A stretch of DNA of 48,361 nt from an uncultured Bacilli bacterium (GTDB taxonomy: Bacteria > Bacillota_I > Bacilli_A > RFN20 > DUOF01). A program made the position numbers and the translations under genes. Of the stretch, positions 1 through 13,600 are shown piece after piece; the first letter of the stretch is position 1, and the number at the start of each line of letters is the position of its first letter. The notes under the pieces are model-generated. The model searched no databases. It had not been told where the DNA came from and was given only the letters and a program-made list of their open reading frames with translations. The DNA is taken from assembly GCA_934101685.1 (NCBI GenBank), contig CAKORZ010000002.1, positions 1-48,361 on the forward strand, read 5' to 3'.

Positions 1-636
1 GCTATGTGTGATAAATTAATTGAAGTGCTTGAAAATGAAGGAGATATTGCTCTTGTTAGTGATGCTGGTTATCCCCTTATTAGTGATCCAGGTTCTATTT
101 TAGTAGATGAGGTTATAAAAAAAGGATTTAATGTTACTACTATTTCAGGACCTTGTGCTTTTTTAAACGCTCTTGTTTCTTCTAATATGGATTTAAGCAC
201 TTTTACTTTTATAGGATTTTTAGATTCTAAAAATAGTTCTAAGAAAAAACAATTAATAGCTTTAAAAGATAAAAAAGAAACTTTAATTTTTTATGAATCT
301 GTTCATAGGATTGAAGAAACTTTAACTGATATTTTAGAAATACTTGGTGATAGAAAAATAACACTTGCGCGTGAACTTACTAAGAAATTTGAAGAATACA
401 CTAGAGGAAAAGTTAGCGAAGTTATTTCGTCTTTAAACGAATTTAGTAAAGGTGAATTTGTTATTGTAGTTGAAGGAAATAAGGAAGAAAAAGTTATTAG
501 CGAAGAAGAGATTCTTAATGAAGTTAAATATTTAATGGAAAGAGGAGAAAAAAGTAAAACAGCCATAGAAAAGGTTGCCTCTTCATATGGCTTAAAGAAA
601 AATTATGTTTATGATTTATATATTAAAAATAAGTAA
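1..636 (+). CDS. rsmI: 16S rRNA 2'-O-ribose C1402 methyltransferase RsmI, C-terminal part (5' end lies outside the window)
   Basis: The frame is open from base 1. LVSDAGYPLISDPG and FYESVHR motifs are typical of RsmI/YabC. Stop TAA at 634-636. Confidence 0.85.
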   Translation, partial: AMCDKLIEVLENEGDIALVSDAGYPLISDPGSILVDEVIKKGFNVTTISGPCAFLNALVSSNMDLSTFTFIGFLDSKNSSKKKQLIALKDKKETLIFYESVHRIEETLTDILEILGDRKITLARELTKKFEEYTRGKVSEVISSLNEFSKGEFVIVVEGNKEEKVISEEEILNEVKYLMERGEKSKTAIEKVASSYGLKKNYVYDLYIKNK

Positions 637-3600
637 TTAAATTTTAGTTAATATTTCATTTATATAATATATCCATTCATTATTAACCTTTTTAATTCTA
701 ATTCTAATATTATCCTTTTTGAAACTTAAAAGGATATTTTTATAATCTAAAGTATTAACTAATTCAAATAATTTTATACCTATTCCATCTTTATTAGATA
801 TTTCTTTAGACAAGTATACATCTATGAACTCTACATCATCTTTTATTCTTTCTACTTTAGAATGTGATGATAAAACATCCATTCTTTTCTTTTCTATTAA
901 TAAAGTAACATTTTCTGGCATTTTACCATGTATATCTTTAATTTGTTTTTCTAATTCTTCTAGATCACTTAAAGTTTTTACTGCATCTAATTTTTTATAC
1001 ATTTCTATCTTATTACCATCTACTCCAGCATATGAAGAAGGAATATATCCATTTATTTGAATATTGTTAGAAATACTATCATTTTCTTTAACAATTCCTT
1101 TTTCTTCTTCAATAGCATCTTTTAACAAGTCAAGATACAAATCTATACCTATATTTTCTATAAATCCAGATTGATTAGCACCAAGCAAGTCTCCTGCTCC
1201 TCTAATAGATAAATCCCTTAAAGCTATTTTGTATCCGCTTCCAAGTTCAGTAAATTCTTTTATAGCTCTTAATCTATTTGTTGCTACTTCACTAACTTGT
1301 TTATTAGGTTTGAACAATAAGTAGGCATACGCTAATTTATCACTTCTTCCTACTCTTCCTTTTATTTGATAAAGTTGAGATAATCCAAAATGATCAGCAT
1401 CTTCAATAATAATAGTATTAGCATTTGGTATATCAATACCAGTTTCAATAATTGTCGTACACACTAGCACATTTAATTTATTATTATAAAAATCATATGT
1501 AACTTCTTCAATTGCTTCTTTATCCATTTTCCCATGTATAATTCCTACACGTGCTCCTTTAATCTTACTTTCTATGTCATAAGCGACACTAGCAATATTA
1601 CTAGTCTTATTATATAAATAAAAGACTTGTCCATTTCTTCCTAATTCTCTTTCAATTATTTCTTTTATAATTTTAGGATTTTTTTCCATAACATAAGTTT
1701 GAATTGGCATTCTTTTTTCTGGTGGAGTTTGTATTTGGCATAAACTTCTTATTCCTATTAATGACATTTGCATAGTTCTAGGAATAGGAGTAGCACTTAA
1801 TGTTAAAACATCAATAGAGTTTTTAAACTCTTTGATTTTTTCTTTATGTTCTACACCAAATCTTTGCTCTTCATCTACAATTAATAAGCCTAAATCATGA
1901 AACTTTATATCATTAGATAAGATTCTATGTGTTCCTATAAGCATATCTATTTTCCCATCTTTTAAATCTTTAATAATTTTTTGCTGTTCTTTTTCTGTTT
2001 TAAATCTATTTAAAAGTTCTACTCTTACATTAAAGTTTTTAAATCTATCAATAGCGCTTGCATAGTGTTGGCTTGATAATAAGGTGGTTGGACAAAGAAG
2101 AGCTACTTGTTTAGCATCTTTTATCGCTTTAAAGGCTGCGACAAAAGCAACTTCTGTTTTACCAAAGCCTACATCACCACATAAAAGCATATCCATTGGT
2201 ACACTTTTTTCCATTTCTTTTTTTACTTTTTTTATAGCCTCTAATTGATCTTTAGTGTAAACATAAGGGAAATCATTTTCAAACATCATTTGTAAATCAT
2301 CGTCACTAGAAAAAGCATACCCTATTTTTTTAGTTCTTTCTTCATATAGTTTTATTAGATCTACCGCAATATCTTTTACTTTATTTTTAATTCTTTCTTT
2401 AGTCTTTTCCCAATCATTACTCCCTAGTTTATTTAAAGTTGGAGCTTTTCCCTCTCTTGCTGCATATTTTCTTACTAAAGAGAATTGTTCTAAAGGCACA
2501 TATAAAACTTCATTATTTTTATATTCTATATGCATATAATCCTTAGTAACTTTACCTGCTTTTATTGTTTCTAATCCTTTATATCTACCTATACCATAAT
2601 TCTCATGAACTAGATAATCACCTATTTGTAAATCTTCATACCCGCTTATAGCTTGCGAGCTTTTAAATTTAGTAAAATATCTACCTGTAGTTATCTTTTG
2701 TAAAAATAATTCTCTAGCAGTTAAAACTACAATTTTTTCTTCATCTAATACAAACCCCTCAATTAAATCTTCATTTATTATTTGAACTAGATTTTTATCT
2801 ATCTCATATTCATCAAACCATAAATTAAGATTAGTAATTTGATGTTCATTTGTTAAATAAATATATATTTTGTATTTTAAATCCAAATAATTTTTTATTA
2901 ATTTAGTAGCCATTTTAGAACTACCATTACAATTAGTAAGAGGATTCAAATAAAAGTATTCATCACTATCTTTTGTTTGAAAATCATTCAATTGTATTAT
3001 TTTTTTACAATCCACTAATACATTATTTAAGTCATAATATAAAGATATATTACTTAATACCTTTTTATCTTCATATAATTCGCATTTATAATCATATGTT
3101 TCTTTTACTAATAAATCATAATTATTATAAATTGATGGTTTATCCATTAGCAAACATACATCAGCATTAAAATAATCATTTAAATTATTACAATCATTTA
3201 TTAATGAATAGTATTTATATAAAGAAGTAGTGTATGTTTCTGTTTCTATTCTTTCGATATCTTCATTTACATTTTCTTTTAATAACTCTGCTTCATCTTC
3301 ACTTAATAATTTACTTTCTTTTTCTAGTTCATTTTTTAATATTTCAATAGCTTTTTCTTTGTCTTTTATTATTAGTTCACTCGCAGGCAATATCAAAACA
3401 TGATCATCTTGTTTTATTGTAGTTTGTTTTTCTAAATCAAAATATCTTATGCTTTCAATTTCGTCATCAAAGAATTCTATTCTTACAGGATTATCATAAT
3501 TAATACTAAAGAAATCTAAGACCTCTCCTCTTGAAGAATATTCTAAAGTATTACAAACTTTATTAACTCTTTTATAACCATTTTTTTGTAAAAAGTTTTC

Positions 3601-4041
3601 TAAATCTTTTTTATTAATAGTTTGACCCACAACTACTCTTTTTACTCCTTCTTTAAAGTCCTCTTTAGAAGGTAAGTATCTTAAAAACGAACTAGTATGT
3701 GTTATTAAAATGCCAGGTTCTTCTTTTAAACATTTGTTAAGGGCGTATATTCTGTTTGCTAATAGTTCTTTTGATTCAGCTACTGTTTCTATTCTAATGG
3801 TTTCATCAGAAAAATATGTGATAATATTTTCATCTTCTAGTAAATTAGTTAAATATTCATACAACAAAGAAGCATTATGTAAACTATTACATAACACTAA
3901 ATATTTTTTCTTGTTTTGTATATAACTACTTGCTAGTAAAAGAGCTTTTTTGAAAATAGAATCACAAATATAATTTTTTTTTGCTTCACCAAAAGATTTA
4001 ACAATTTCTTTATCTTTAAATAAGTTTAATATTGATTTCAT
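637..4041 (-). CDS. mfd: Transcription-repair coupling factor Mfd
   Basis: 1134 aa. CarD-like RNAP-interaction segment (GDYLVHENYGIGRY). SF2 helicase motifs GDVGFGKTEVA, VDEEQRFG, TLSATPIPRT and QIKGRVGRS. The start ATG overlaps the pth stop by 1 nt. Confidence 0.95.
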   Translation of the reverse strand: MKSILNLFKDKEIVKSFGEAKKNYICDSIFKKALLLASSYIQNKKKYLVLCNSLHNASLLYEYLTNLLEDENIITYFSDETIRIETVAESKELLANRIYALNKCLKEEPGILITHTSSFLRYLPSKEDFKEGVKRVVVGQTINKKDLENFLQKNGYKRVNKVCNTLEYSSRGEVLDFFSINYDNPVRIEFFDDEIESIRYFDLEKQTTIKQDDHVLILPASELIIKDKEKAIEILKNELEKESKLLSEDEAELLKENVNEDIERIETETYTTSLYKYYSLINDCNNLNDYFNADVCLLMDKPSIYNNYDLLVKETYDYKCELYEDKKVLSNISLYYDLNNVLVDCKKIIQLNDFQTKDSDEYFYLNPLTNCNGSSKMATKLIKNYLDLKYKIYIYLTNEHQITNLNLWFDEYEIDKNLVQIINEDLIEGFVLDEEKIVVLTARELFLQKITTGRYFTKFKSSQAISGYEDLQIGDYLVHENYGIGRYKGLETIKAGKVTKDYMHIEYKNNEVLYVPLEQFSLVRKYAAREGKAPTLNKLGSNDWEKTKERIKNKVKDIAVDLIKLYEERTKKIGYAFSSDDDLQMMFENDFPYVYTKDQLEAIKKVKKEMEKSVPMDMLLCGDVGFGKTEVAFVAAFKAIKDAKQVALLCPTTLLSSQHYASAIDRFKNFNVRVELLNRFKTEKEQQKIIKDLKDGKIDMLIGTHRILSNDIKFHDLGLLIVDEEQRFGVEHKEKIKEFKNSIDVLTLSATPIPRTMQMSLIGIRSLCQIQTPPEKRMPIQTYVMEKNPKIIKEIIERELGRNGQVFYLYNKTSNIASVAYDIESKIKGARVGIIHGKMDKEAIEEVTYDFYNNKLNVLVCTTIIETGIDIPNANTIIIEDADHFGLSQLYQIKGRVGRSDKLAYAYLLFKPNKQVSEVATNRLRAIKEFTELGSGYKIALRDLSIRGAGDLLGANQSGFIENIGIDLYLDLLKDAIEEEKGIVKENDSISNNIQINGYIPSSYAGVDGNKIEMYKKLDAVKTLSDLEELEKQIKDIHGKMPENVTLLIEKKRMDVLSSHSKVERIKDDVEFIDVYLSKEISNKDGIGIKLFELVNTLDYKNILLSFKKDNIRIRIKKVNNEWIYYINEILTKI

Positions 4042-4595
4042 TAATTATATAAACTCATTACTTTGTTAAAATCGTATTTAGTGAAATCTTCTATTATATT
4101 ACTTATTTTTTCTATTTCCTTATCTATTATCTCTTTTTCTTCATCTTTAAATTTGCCTAAAACATAATTTACAGTATCTATATTTTTATCTTTAGAAATA
4201 CCAATTCTTACTCTTTTAAAATCGCTTGTTTTGATATTTTCAATTATATTTTTAATGCCGTTATGTCCTCCAGCACTACCTTTTTCTCTTAGTCTAATAA
4301 CACCTACATCTAAATCCATATCATCATATATTACAAGCAAATCTTTTACATCTATATGAAAGTATCCCATAAAGTCTCTTACACACTCTCCTGACAAATT
4401 CATATATGTTTGAGGCTCTAATAAAAGAACCTTTTCATCATTTATTTTTGTCTCTGTATATAAGCCTTTAAACTTTCTTTTATCTATGCTTAAATTATTT
4501 TTTTTAGCATAAAAATCTAACGCCATAAAACCTGCATTATGTCTAGTATTTTTATACTCTCCTCCATAATTACCAAGGCCTACTATTAGTTTCAT
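4041..4595 (-). CDS. pth: Peptidyl-tRNA hydrolase
   Basis: MKLIVGLGNYGGEYKNTRHNAGF and GGHNGIKNI motifs. I prefer the ATG at 4593-4595, preceded by AAGGGAGA, over the track start at 4628, because the extra 11 codons overlap a terminator-like hairpin. Confidence 0.93.
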   Translation of the reverse strand: MKLIVGLGNYGGEYKNTRHNAGFMALDFYAKKNNLSIDKRKFKGLYTETKINDEKVLLLEPQTYMNLSGECVRDFMGYFHIDVKDLLVIYDDMDLDVGVIRLREKGSAGGHNGIKNIIENIKTSDFKRVRIGISKDKNIDTVNYVLGKFKDEEKEIIDKEIEKISNIIEDFTKYDFNKVMSLYN

Positions 4596-4610
4596 TAAAT
4601 AATCTCCCTT

Positions 4611-4640
4611 CAAACAAGCAAAAGGCACTAATAAGTGCCT
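4611..4640 (-). terminator. Putative intrinsic terminator or attenuator downstream of the giant ORF
   Basis: 7-bp stem aggcact (4623-4629) / agtgcct (4634-4640) with loop aata. On the minus strand it is followed by TTTGCTTGTTTG, a weak U-tract. Confidence 0.4.
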
Positions 4641-4649
4641 ATGCTTAAA

Positions 4650-7600
4650 TTACTTTAATACTTTTACTTTCTTTCTAAAGATTACTACTTTTCCAAATCC
4701 ATATATAATAGCTGCTCCTGCTATAAATATCAATGACCATCCAAGTGGATCTTTGTTAAAGAAATTCTCTCCAATATTCATTCCAAGTTCTTTTTTAGCA
4801 ACTTTTTTGTCTACTACAAATACATATACAAATCCGCCTAAATTAGAAATTATGTTTTGATATTTACTTTCAACGGTTATTACACTTTCAGAATGTTCAT
4901 TTAAGTAATTAGAATCATTAGTATTTAAAACCATATAAGCCCCTTCATCTAATGATCTATATCCAAGAACACCATTTCCACAACTAGAAGTTCCTTTATA
5001 TTGGCTAGTAGGTGTAGCAAATACTAAAGTATCGTTTGCTGAGAATTTATAATCTTTATCAGACTTAATTATCAAAGATTTACCATCTTGTAATTCTAAT
5101 AAATATTGTTTCTTTGGTTTTAACAATACGTTATTTAAACATATGTTATCACTATTATTTATAGATATTTTATATGTCGTTGTATTGCCTGCTAAATCAG
5201 TTAATACAAACATATATTCTCCAGATTCTTGTACTTTTTGCTTCTTAGAATATGCTTCACCATTTAATGTAACTTTTACTATTGGTGCTTCTGCTTTACT
5301 TGTTGGTTCTTTCCAAGTTATATATGCATATCCCTTTATAAAATCACCTGCACTAGCACTAGCATCATTATCATTAATAAATAATTGATATTTAGGAGCT
5401 TGTCTATAGATAACAAAATGTCTTTCTATACTTTCATTGCCAACTGTATCAAAGGCTTTTATTTCATATACTCCTTCTTCTGTAAATTGCATTGATGTAG
5501 ATTCAATAGTTATCCATTCACCATCATTAATACGATATTTCAAATAACTACCTAAATTGTTATCTACAGATGTAACGCTAACCATCTTTGCATTTGTATA
5601 ACTATTTTCTGATAGTTCATAAGTTACATATGATGTATCTGCAGTAACACTTATATCTGGTGAATCGTTGTCAATTGTAATGTATTGAATGTCTCTTCCA
5701 ACTGTAATATTTCCTATTTCATCTCTTGCTATAATTTTATATGTGCCTGTTTTTAGTAAAACATAACCTGATGCTGAGAAAGTTGCAATAGGTTCATCGT
5801 TACATGTATATTCATCATTTTCTAGAACACATCCGCCATATATTATTCCTTCACCATTAACTGTATCATCTATAGAAACACCAACTTCTCCTTTATAATA
5901 TTCAAAGACACCTACTTTATTTCCACTTATAGTAATCTTAGGTGGTTGTTTATCTATAATGAATTCTATTTCAGAATATAGAGATGGGTAATAATTACCA
6001 TTAGTATCTTTTTTAACATATGCAACATATTTATACTTAGAAGTTCTTCCATATACTTCTTTTACCATGATATTTGTATCTCTTCTTGTATAGCCGCTAG
6101 CAGTTTCTAAGTATAATTCTATGCTATATATATCTGTACAATCACTAACAACACTATCTTCATAACAGAATAGTTTTACATTATTTTTTACCTTTTCGCC
6201 ATTCATTATTATTAGTTCATTTCCATCAGTACCAATAAGTTTATTTCCATTTTCATCTACTTCATATATCTCTATTTCTGGAAGTTTTATATTAATACTA
6301 AATGTGAATTCACTACTTTCTGTTATATTACCTGCAAAATCTTCAAACAAGAATGTGTATATTACATCATTTTTACTATTTATAGTAAAGGTCTTTATTC
6401 CTGCTTCATTAAAGGCTGTTTGATCACCTTTACAAGGATTTAATAATTTAAATGTTTTATTTCCTTCATCATTTATAGTTATAGGAGCAAATTTTGTAAC
6501 ACCATCTTTATTCCAACTAATTACATCTTGGTTTGATTGGTTTTTAGTAATTGTGTAATAAGTTTGTCCTATAGTGAATGAATTAGATTCAATTAACACA
6601 GATGATGTGCTTCCATTATCTACCCAAACAACAGATAATCTACCATTTATTTCTTTTATAACATATGTTAAGTTGTAGTTACATGACCATTTTAATGATA
6701 CAAGTTTTTCTTGCCATTCTATAGTTACCTCTGAATTTATATAATTTCTAAAATCATTTATAAACTCTTGTATTGTGTTAAATGTAAGTTTACCACTTGG
6801 CTTGTTAACTGTAATTGTAACGCCTGAAGTATCTGGGTTTGTTTTATCTATTTCAAACAATGAATATCTACGTCCTGTATTAGAATTCTCCATTTCCTTT
6901 TTCTTAATTTGTAATGCTTCCAAACAATTAAGTTCATTAACTTCCCAAGAAGAAATAATACTTACATCAGTATATATATCTTTACAATTTATAGTTCCAT
7001 CGTTTCCAATACATCTCTTTTGTATTAAGATAGATTCTCTATTTACTAATTCTACTTTGTAAATTCCCTCATCTTTATATGTTAAAGTTGATTGTGAGTA
7101 ATTACCAGAAATGAATTCAGCTTCTATTTTATTTTCTTGATTACCTGTAGTACTACATTTACCAGAATGTGTTGTACCCATTAATTGTGACGTACATACT
7201 AATTGCCATGAATTATTATTTAATTTATATAAATTTATGTAATTAGTTATATCATCCCATTTAAGTATTAGATCACCTTTAGTTATCATTCTTTGTTCTT
7301 CTTCTATAAATGTATTATTATCAATATATTTTATAGTATTAGAACTATCAGTAGAATAACTTAAAGTGAAATCAATTGGGTTATATATAAATTTAACTTG
7401 ATTTGTGTTGCCATGATCATCTTGCAAGCTAATTTCAAAGAATCCATAAATATGATTAATATTTGAAATTTTAACTTTGTAAATATTTTTACCATTAGCA
7501 GAACCATCTGTATTTTCACAACCATATAATAATCCAGTTGTTCCATTTAAACACTTTAAAGATTTTAATATATCTTCACTAGTTTCATAAACTTCTCCAT

Positions 7601-10600
7601 CACTTGACCATTTAGCATCTAAATTGTTAGTTAATGTTCTTGTATTCCATGTATCTACTATTGTAACCAAGGCATATTGATTACTTCCTTCACCAACATA
7701 TGATAATTGAATATTAGGTGATATTTGACTCTTTGAAACAATAACTTTTGTAACGTTACCAGCTCTGTCAATAAATTCTAATGTCGTTATCATGTTATCA
7801 TCGTCAGCTATTCCTACTGGTATTTCAAAATAGTATTCTCCATTATTTCCTATTTTCAAATAATCATTTATGTTTTCATATGTTACGATATTTGAATCAA
7901 ATTCTCTTTGAATAGTTCTAATTAATCTCAAATATGAGTATACTTCATCTTCATTTTTATATATCTCGTATTTTTGTTCAAATCTGCTTATATCACTACT
8001 TTTCTTTAAAATTAAGTAGAATTTAGTAGTATTTGTTTTAATTGTATTACTAATACCTGAACTATTTATATAAATTTCTTCATTGTTATCTACAGTTTCT
8101 CCATTCTTCTCCGATCTATATTTAATATTCAAGAATGAATTATCATCTACAAATACTGCATAATATGATTTATTACTATGATTTACTATTTTATTATTAC
8201 TTGAGTTAGTATATGAGATTGCTCTATCTACTTCCTCAAAAATATAGTATGTATTTCCATTCAATTGTAAGTTAAATGTTGCTGTTTGTGGAGTAGAAAA
8301 ATTAGTAGTACCATTTTCAGTCATTGTTTTGTAATAGTATCTAATTGATTCTGTATCCCTTGTATTATCTTCATTAACTTCTAAATCAATATTTAAATTA
8401 ACGATATAATTCAAAATTTTAACATAAACTTTTATACAATTTTCTGTGCTATCACATGTTTCTTCAATAGATACTGAATTATCTACATCATTTTTCTTTA
8501 AATATACATATTTGTACATATTTGTTTCTTTGCAATTTTCATTATTTTCCGGATCACATATACCTTGATAAATAGAACTATCTCCAAATAGTTTATCACC
8601 ACCATATGTTGGGAAAATTAACTTAGACAAATAACTAGCAACATCTTGTAATATAGCTTCCTTAGTGTCAAATCTTCCTTCAATAAATGTTCTAGAACTC
8701 AAATCATAGTAAGAATAGCAATATTTATTAGTGTTACAATATCTTGCATTTTCATCAATATGTTTAGAGTATACATTATACAAATATACAATCGCTTCAG
8801 TCTTTGTTGCAAAAGCATAGAATAAATTAGAGTTTAATATTGAAAGATCATTTATATTGACTGCGTTATTTGAATTTGAAACAGAAGATAAAATAGTGCT
8901 TATTACATTAACATTACTATTGCTTATTACATCTACTGGTACACTGAACCAATAGCTTGAACCTGTTGGTGTATTTTGAGATTTATTGTAATCAGGAGCT
9001 GTATTATCAACATCTATTCTTGACACATCTTCATGATCATTATTATTTTTTGATCTACCTGCTGAATTCATCGCTTTATCTACAGCTTTTATTAGATATC
9101 CACCATCTTCTCTAATATAAGCAACAATTGATGAAATCTTGTAAACGTTACTAGCATCTTCTGTGGTAAAATTATGTCCCATTTCATACTCACTAAATCC
9201 ACCTGAACTATTTTCAAAGTAATAAGTTACATAGAAATACTTATCTTCATTCGGCAATACTTTAGTATACACTATTTTATATACAACTTCGCCATTACTA
9301 TTAGTTTTAATGTAGTTATATCCACCAGAATATGATTCTTTTCTAAATGTTCCATTTAGCATTTCCTCACATTCATAATATCCATCATCAGATGTAGAGA
9401 TTTCTCCTCTAAGTTCACCTTTCTTACAGTATAATTTAGCATCTTCTTTTAAACTAACCGCATAGTAAAGTTTGTTTGTTTTTTCATCAATTTCTGCATC
9501 AATTTTCATATCAGGTATTGTGGTATCAATGATAAATTGATGTGATGTGTAATTGTATTTTAAATACATTACATTCAATGAATTGTTATCACAGTCACTT
9601 CCATTTGTGCAGATTTTATTTTCTTTATAACTACCTTTATCATAAACATAGAATTTGTATATTCCTTGAGCTTGATTTGAATAATTATATTCTCCTCCAC
9701 TTTCACTAATCTTCTTTACGCTTTTTTGAATATTGCTTCCTCTTGGATTTTCAAAGATATTAGTTGGCAATACACATAAATCAGGTGTACCAGTACATGA
9801 GTATACTTCAAAGATACCCTCGTCCTCATTTTCAAACAAAATATTAACTTCATTATAGTATCCTGATAGGCTATTAATTCTAGTTCCATTAATTTTAAAT
9901 TCAGGAATTGTTGTATCTTCTATGTAAACAGTTCTTATAAGAGTTTTGCTAACGTTACCAGCTAAATCAGTAACTATATATTCTATCTTATAAACATCCA
10001 CTAAATTTTCTTTAATAATCCTATTTCCATAACTATCCTCTGCTACCTCTACCCAATAATTAGAATCTGTTAATAAACTAGGATAATAGTTGTAGTAATC
10101 TTCAACATAGCAATAGTCACTATTACTATCACACGAATAATCTCCTCTAAAGATATAACCACTTACCTTTTTCATTAGTGTGTAATAAGTAGTATTTTCA
10201 TCTTTAGTTGTTCCGTTTGGAACTGCAACAAATGTATTATTTTCTTTAATATAATTATTAAATGTAATATTAAAATTATACTTATAATAAATAATTTGAT
10301 ATGTAAGACTATTTTTAATATATATGTCTGCACCTTGAGAATTAATTCTGTTTGTAATGTCATCATTAGATTTAATATCATTAGTGTAATTACTATTTAT
10401 ATACTCACTATCATATGTAACATTAGTGTTTTCCTTATCTACGTAGTCTACGCTAATATTGTGTACATCTTTTTTACCATTATCACGGAAGTCAATAGTT
10501 GGTTTTTGTCTATCTATAAACAAATAATTTATAGTAGTTTGATTATCACAGAAATCATATATTGTTAATGTGTAATTAATATAAGTATCTTCTGTTTCAT

Positions 10601-13600
10601 CACTTATTAATTCAAAATATGTTTTATTTTCTCTATAATCATACTCTGTTTCATTAATTGAACATTTTTCTTCTTGATCTGTTATAGAAGAATAATATTT
10701 ACATTCAATCTTGTAGATAGGCTCACTAAATTCAACAACTAAATTTTTATCTGTTAATTTGTATTTGTTATCTTCTGTTTTTAAAGAATAAGCATATCTA
10801 ACAAAATATTGAACACCAGTTTGTTTTGTTAAACCATCGGCAACCTTTTCATACACTGAATCTTTAACATAATATTGTGTGTAATCATTTATTTCATCAC
10901 AAGCAACAAGTACATAACTATTTTCTGAAACCTGTTTATAATATGTATTTTCAGAACATTTATTATTTCTTAATTCATTGCTAACTTTATAATAAGCATT
11001 TGTTTTGATGTAGTTATTTTCTGTTTCTGTTAATCCTCTATTGTCTTCAACATACTCAAGTGAAGATATATTTACAACAGATGGTGCTATTTTATCTTCT
11101 ATTATAATAACAGTTTCTAGATAGTTGACAGAATAGTTACCAGCTCCATCAATAGCTCTAAATATAATAGGTCTTCCTAGTGTAGAAACTAATCCAAATC
11201 CAAACTTTACCTCTTGTTCATTACTTTTAGCAATTTGCCATTTTCTATCATCAAGAATTCCGCATCTTCCATTAACTCTTACCATTCCATCAATTGGGCA
11301 ATTATTATTAGCATCTTTATAATCATTTGATACTAAATTGTAATATTTTATATTTTCGCTAATTAGTTTAATTTTTCCTATATCATTTTCAGTAACTTCT
11401 TCACATGTTCCACCATTTACTTGAACACATGTTTGTGGCAATATTGTGGAAGGAAGATATTTTCCATTATCTTCTACATATTTAGGATCATCATAATAAT
11501 AATTTAAGTAATTGCTTGTAGAAATATTTGCTGTATCTTCAACTAAAGTAAATCCTTCATTATCCTTTGTATAATAATTAGTATCTGAGAATTTTCCAGT
11601 ATTTTTATACATTGTATATAATTTACACTCTGTATCCTCTGCAGTGCACACTTCATCATATGTTTTTGTATACATTTCTTTAATATTAACTGGTTCTTTA
11701 TTATCGCCATAATAATATTGTGTATTAGGATCAATTTGTTCATCAATAGAAACCTTTATATAAGCTCCTTTTTGATAGATCTTGGCATTATTTGAAATAT
11801 CTTCTATTAATTTATCCTCGCTTCTATATATTGGATACATTTTTTTGAATAAAGTTACATTTGCATCTGCATATATATTATTTTCTCTTAGTGAATAATT
11901 TCCACTAGTGTCTCTAACATAATTGTTATATGTTACTCTATTCGCTTCATATGCTACAATAGAAACATTGTTCTTAATATTTTCTTGGCTAGGCAAATCT
12001 GAGCATAATATTTTTCCTGAATCAGCAATAGTTGTTTCATTTTCACATTTAAACGATTCTAATGATGCATCTGCAGCCATTGATAACATATATTGTTTAT
12101 TGTTATCAAAGTCATATTTTCCAAACTCAGTAGTTGGTGTATAGCTACTATCATAATAGATATATGGCATTTCATTATCAAATATAAATCCTTGTCTTTT
12201 TGTAAATGTGTTATTAAAGTAATCTGTTACAGTAATATTTAATGTATTAGTTCCAGATTTTCTTGATTCGTTTATAGGAATAACAAATTTAAATAAAATT
12301 GATTTAGTAGTTGTTCCATCAACTCTACATTCATAATCATCCACTAAACCTGTACCTAAAGAAAGTTTACAATTTCCATTTTCATTTATAACAGTCAATG
12401 TCATAACAGTTTCTGGTTCTGATGAATCACTACTTGTTATACCATATTTAACAGTCATTATTGTTTCGCCATTCTTATTTTCTAAGAAACTATTTTCGCT
12501 AACAGTAATCCTAACATCGGCAAATTGTTGATATTCACTTAAATTTTTATTGTTAACATCTACAATTTCATCAATACTAGGAGCCTCTTTATCTATAGTA
12601 AATGCATACGAAGTTCTGTTTCCTCCAGCATCAACAAAAGTAATAATGTATGTTCCACTCTTAGTAAACTTTAGCCATCTACCATCTTGAGTGAAGATAG
12701 CATTTGTACCATTTATTGACTCGTCACATTTACCTAATGCACAAGTATAAGGATTATAATAAGTCTCATTATCGAATGTCATAACAAGTAATCTATTTAT
12801 TACATTTTCCATTATCATTTCTGATTCTAGATCGAACGCAATTCCCCAGCTACCTATATTAATTATTTTATATGATTGGTTAGTTGAATCATAGATAAAG
12901 TCAGCTGTAGAAAAATTATTATTTTCTCCTTTACAATTTTCAGATGCTCCACATTCAACTTGAGCAATTATGTTTGGCTTTTTAGTATCAATAACAAATG
13001 TATATTCAACTGGTAAAGTAATTAAATTTCCTTCTTCTCCTTCAACTCCAGTTACATCTGTATATAATTCACTTGAAACATAGTAAGTTCCATCACCTGT
13101 AAACGCTAAATAATAATCTCCATTCATCTCAGTAATGAAATAAATTCCTTTTTCTTGAAGTTTGTTAATAATATCGCTTTCTGCATTTTTTATATCGCTA
13201 AACTTGTATTGATTAATGCCTTCAGTGTCTCCACATTGTGGTGCTCTAACTTGATCACCATATAGCACAAATAAGCATTCCATATCATCAGCATTAGAAC
13301 TATCAAAATTATTCATTATGTTTAAGTTCTTAGCCATATTAATTCTTAATATTCCTAAATTGTTTATTTTAAATTTCAAGTACACAAATTTATTTGTAAA
13401 CATCATTGTTTTATTAAAATCATTATATAAAGTTGTAGGAATTAAATCTTGATACTTATATGTTTCTGGTGATTTTGCTTGGAAGAAAATGCTAGTTTGT
13501 TCTAGTTCATCTGCATCAGAAGTTGGTAATCTTTTGTCACAATTTTCTTCGCCATTAGTACATGTAAAGTTAGATTTTTTCTCATCATAACTTTCGTCAT

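Noticed and set aside
4596-4628. N-terminal extension of pth (MPFACLKGDYL) given by the ORF track
   Set aside because: The ATG at 4595 has a good RBS and gives the canonical MKLIVGLGN start. The extension overlaps the hairpin at 4623-4640.
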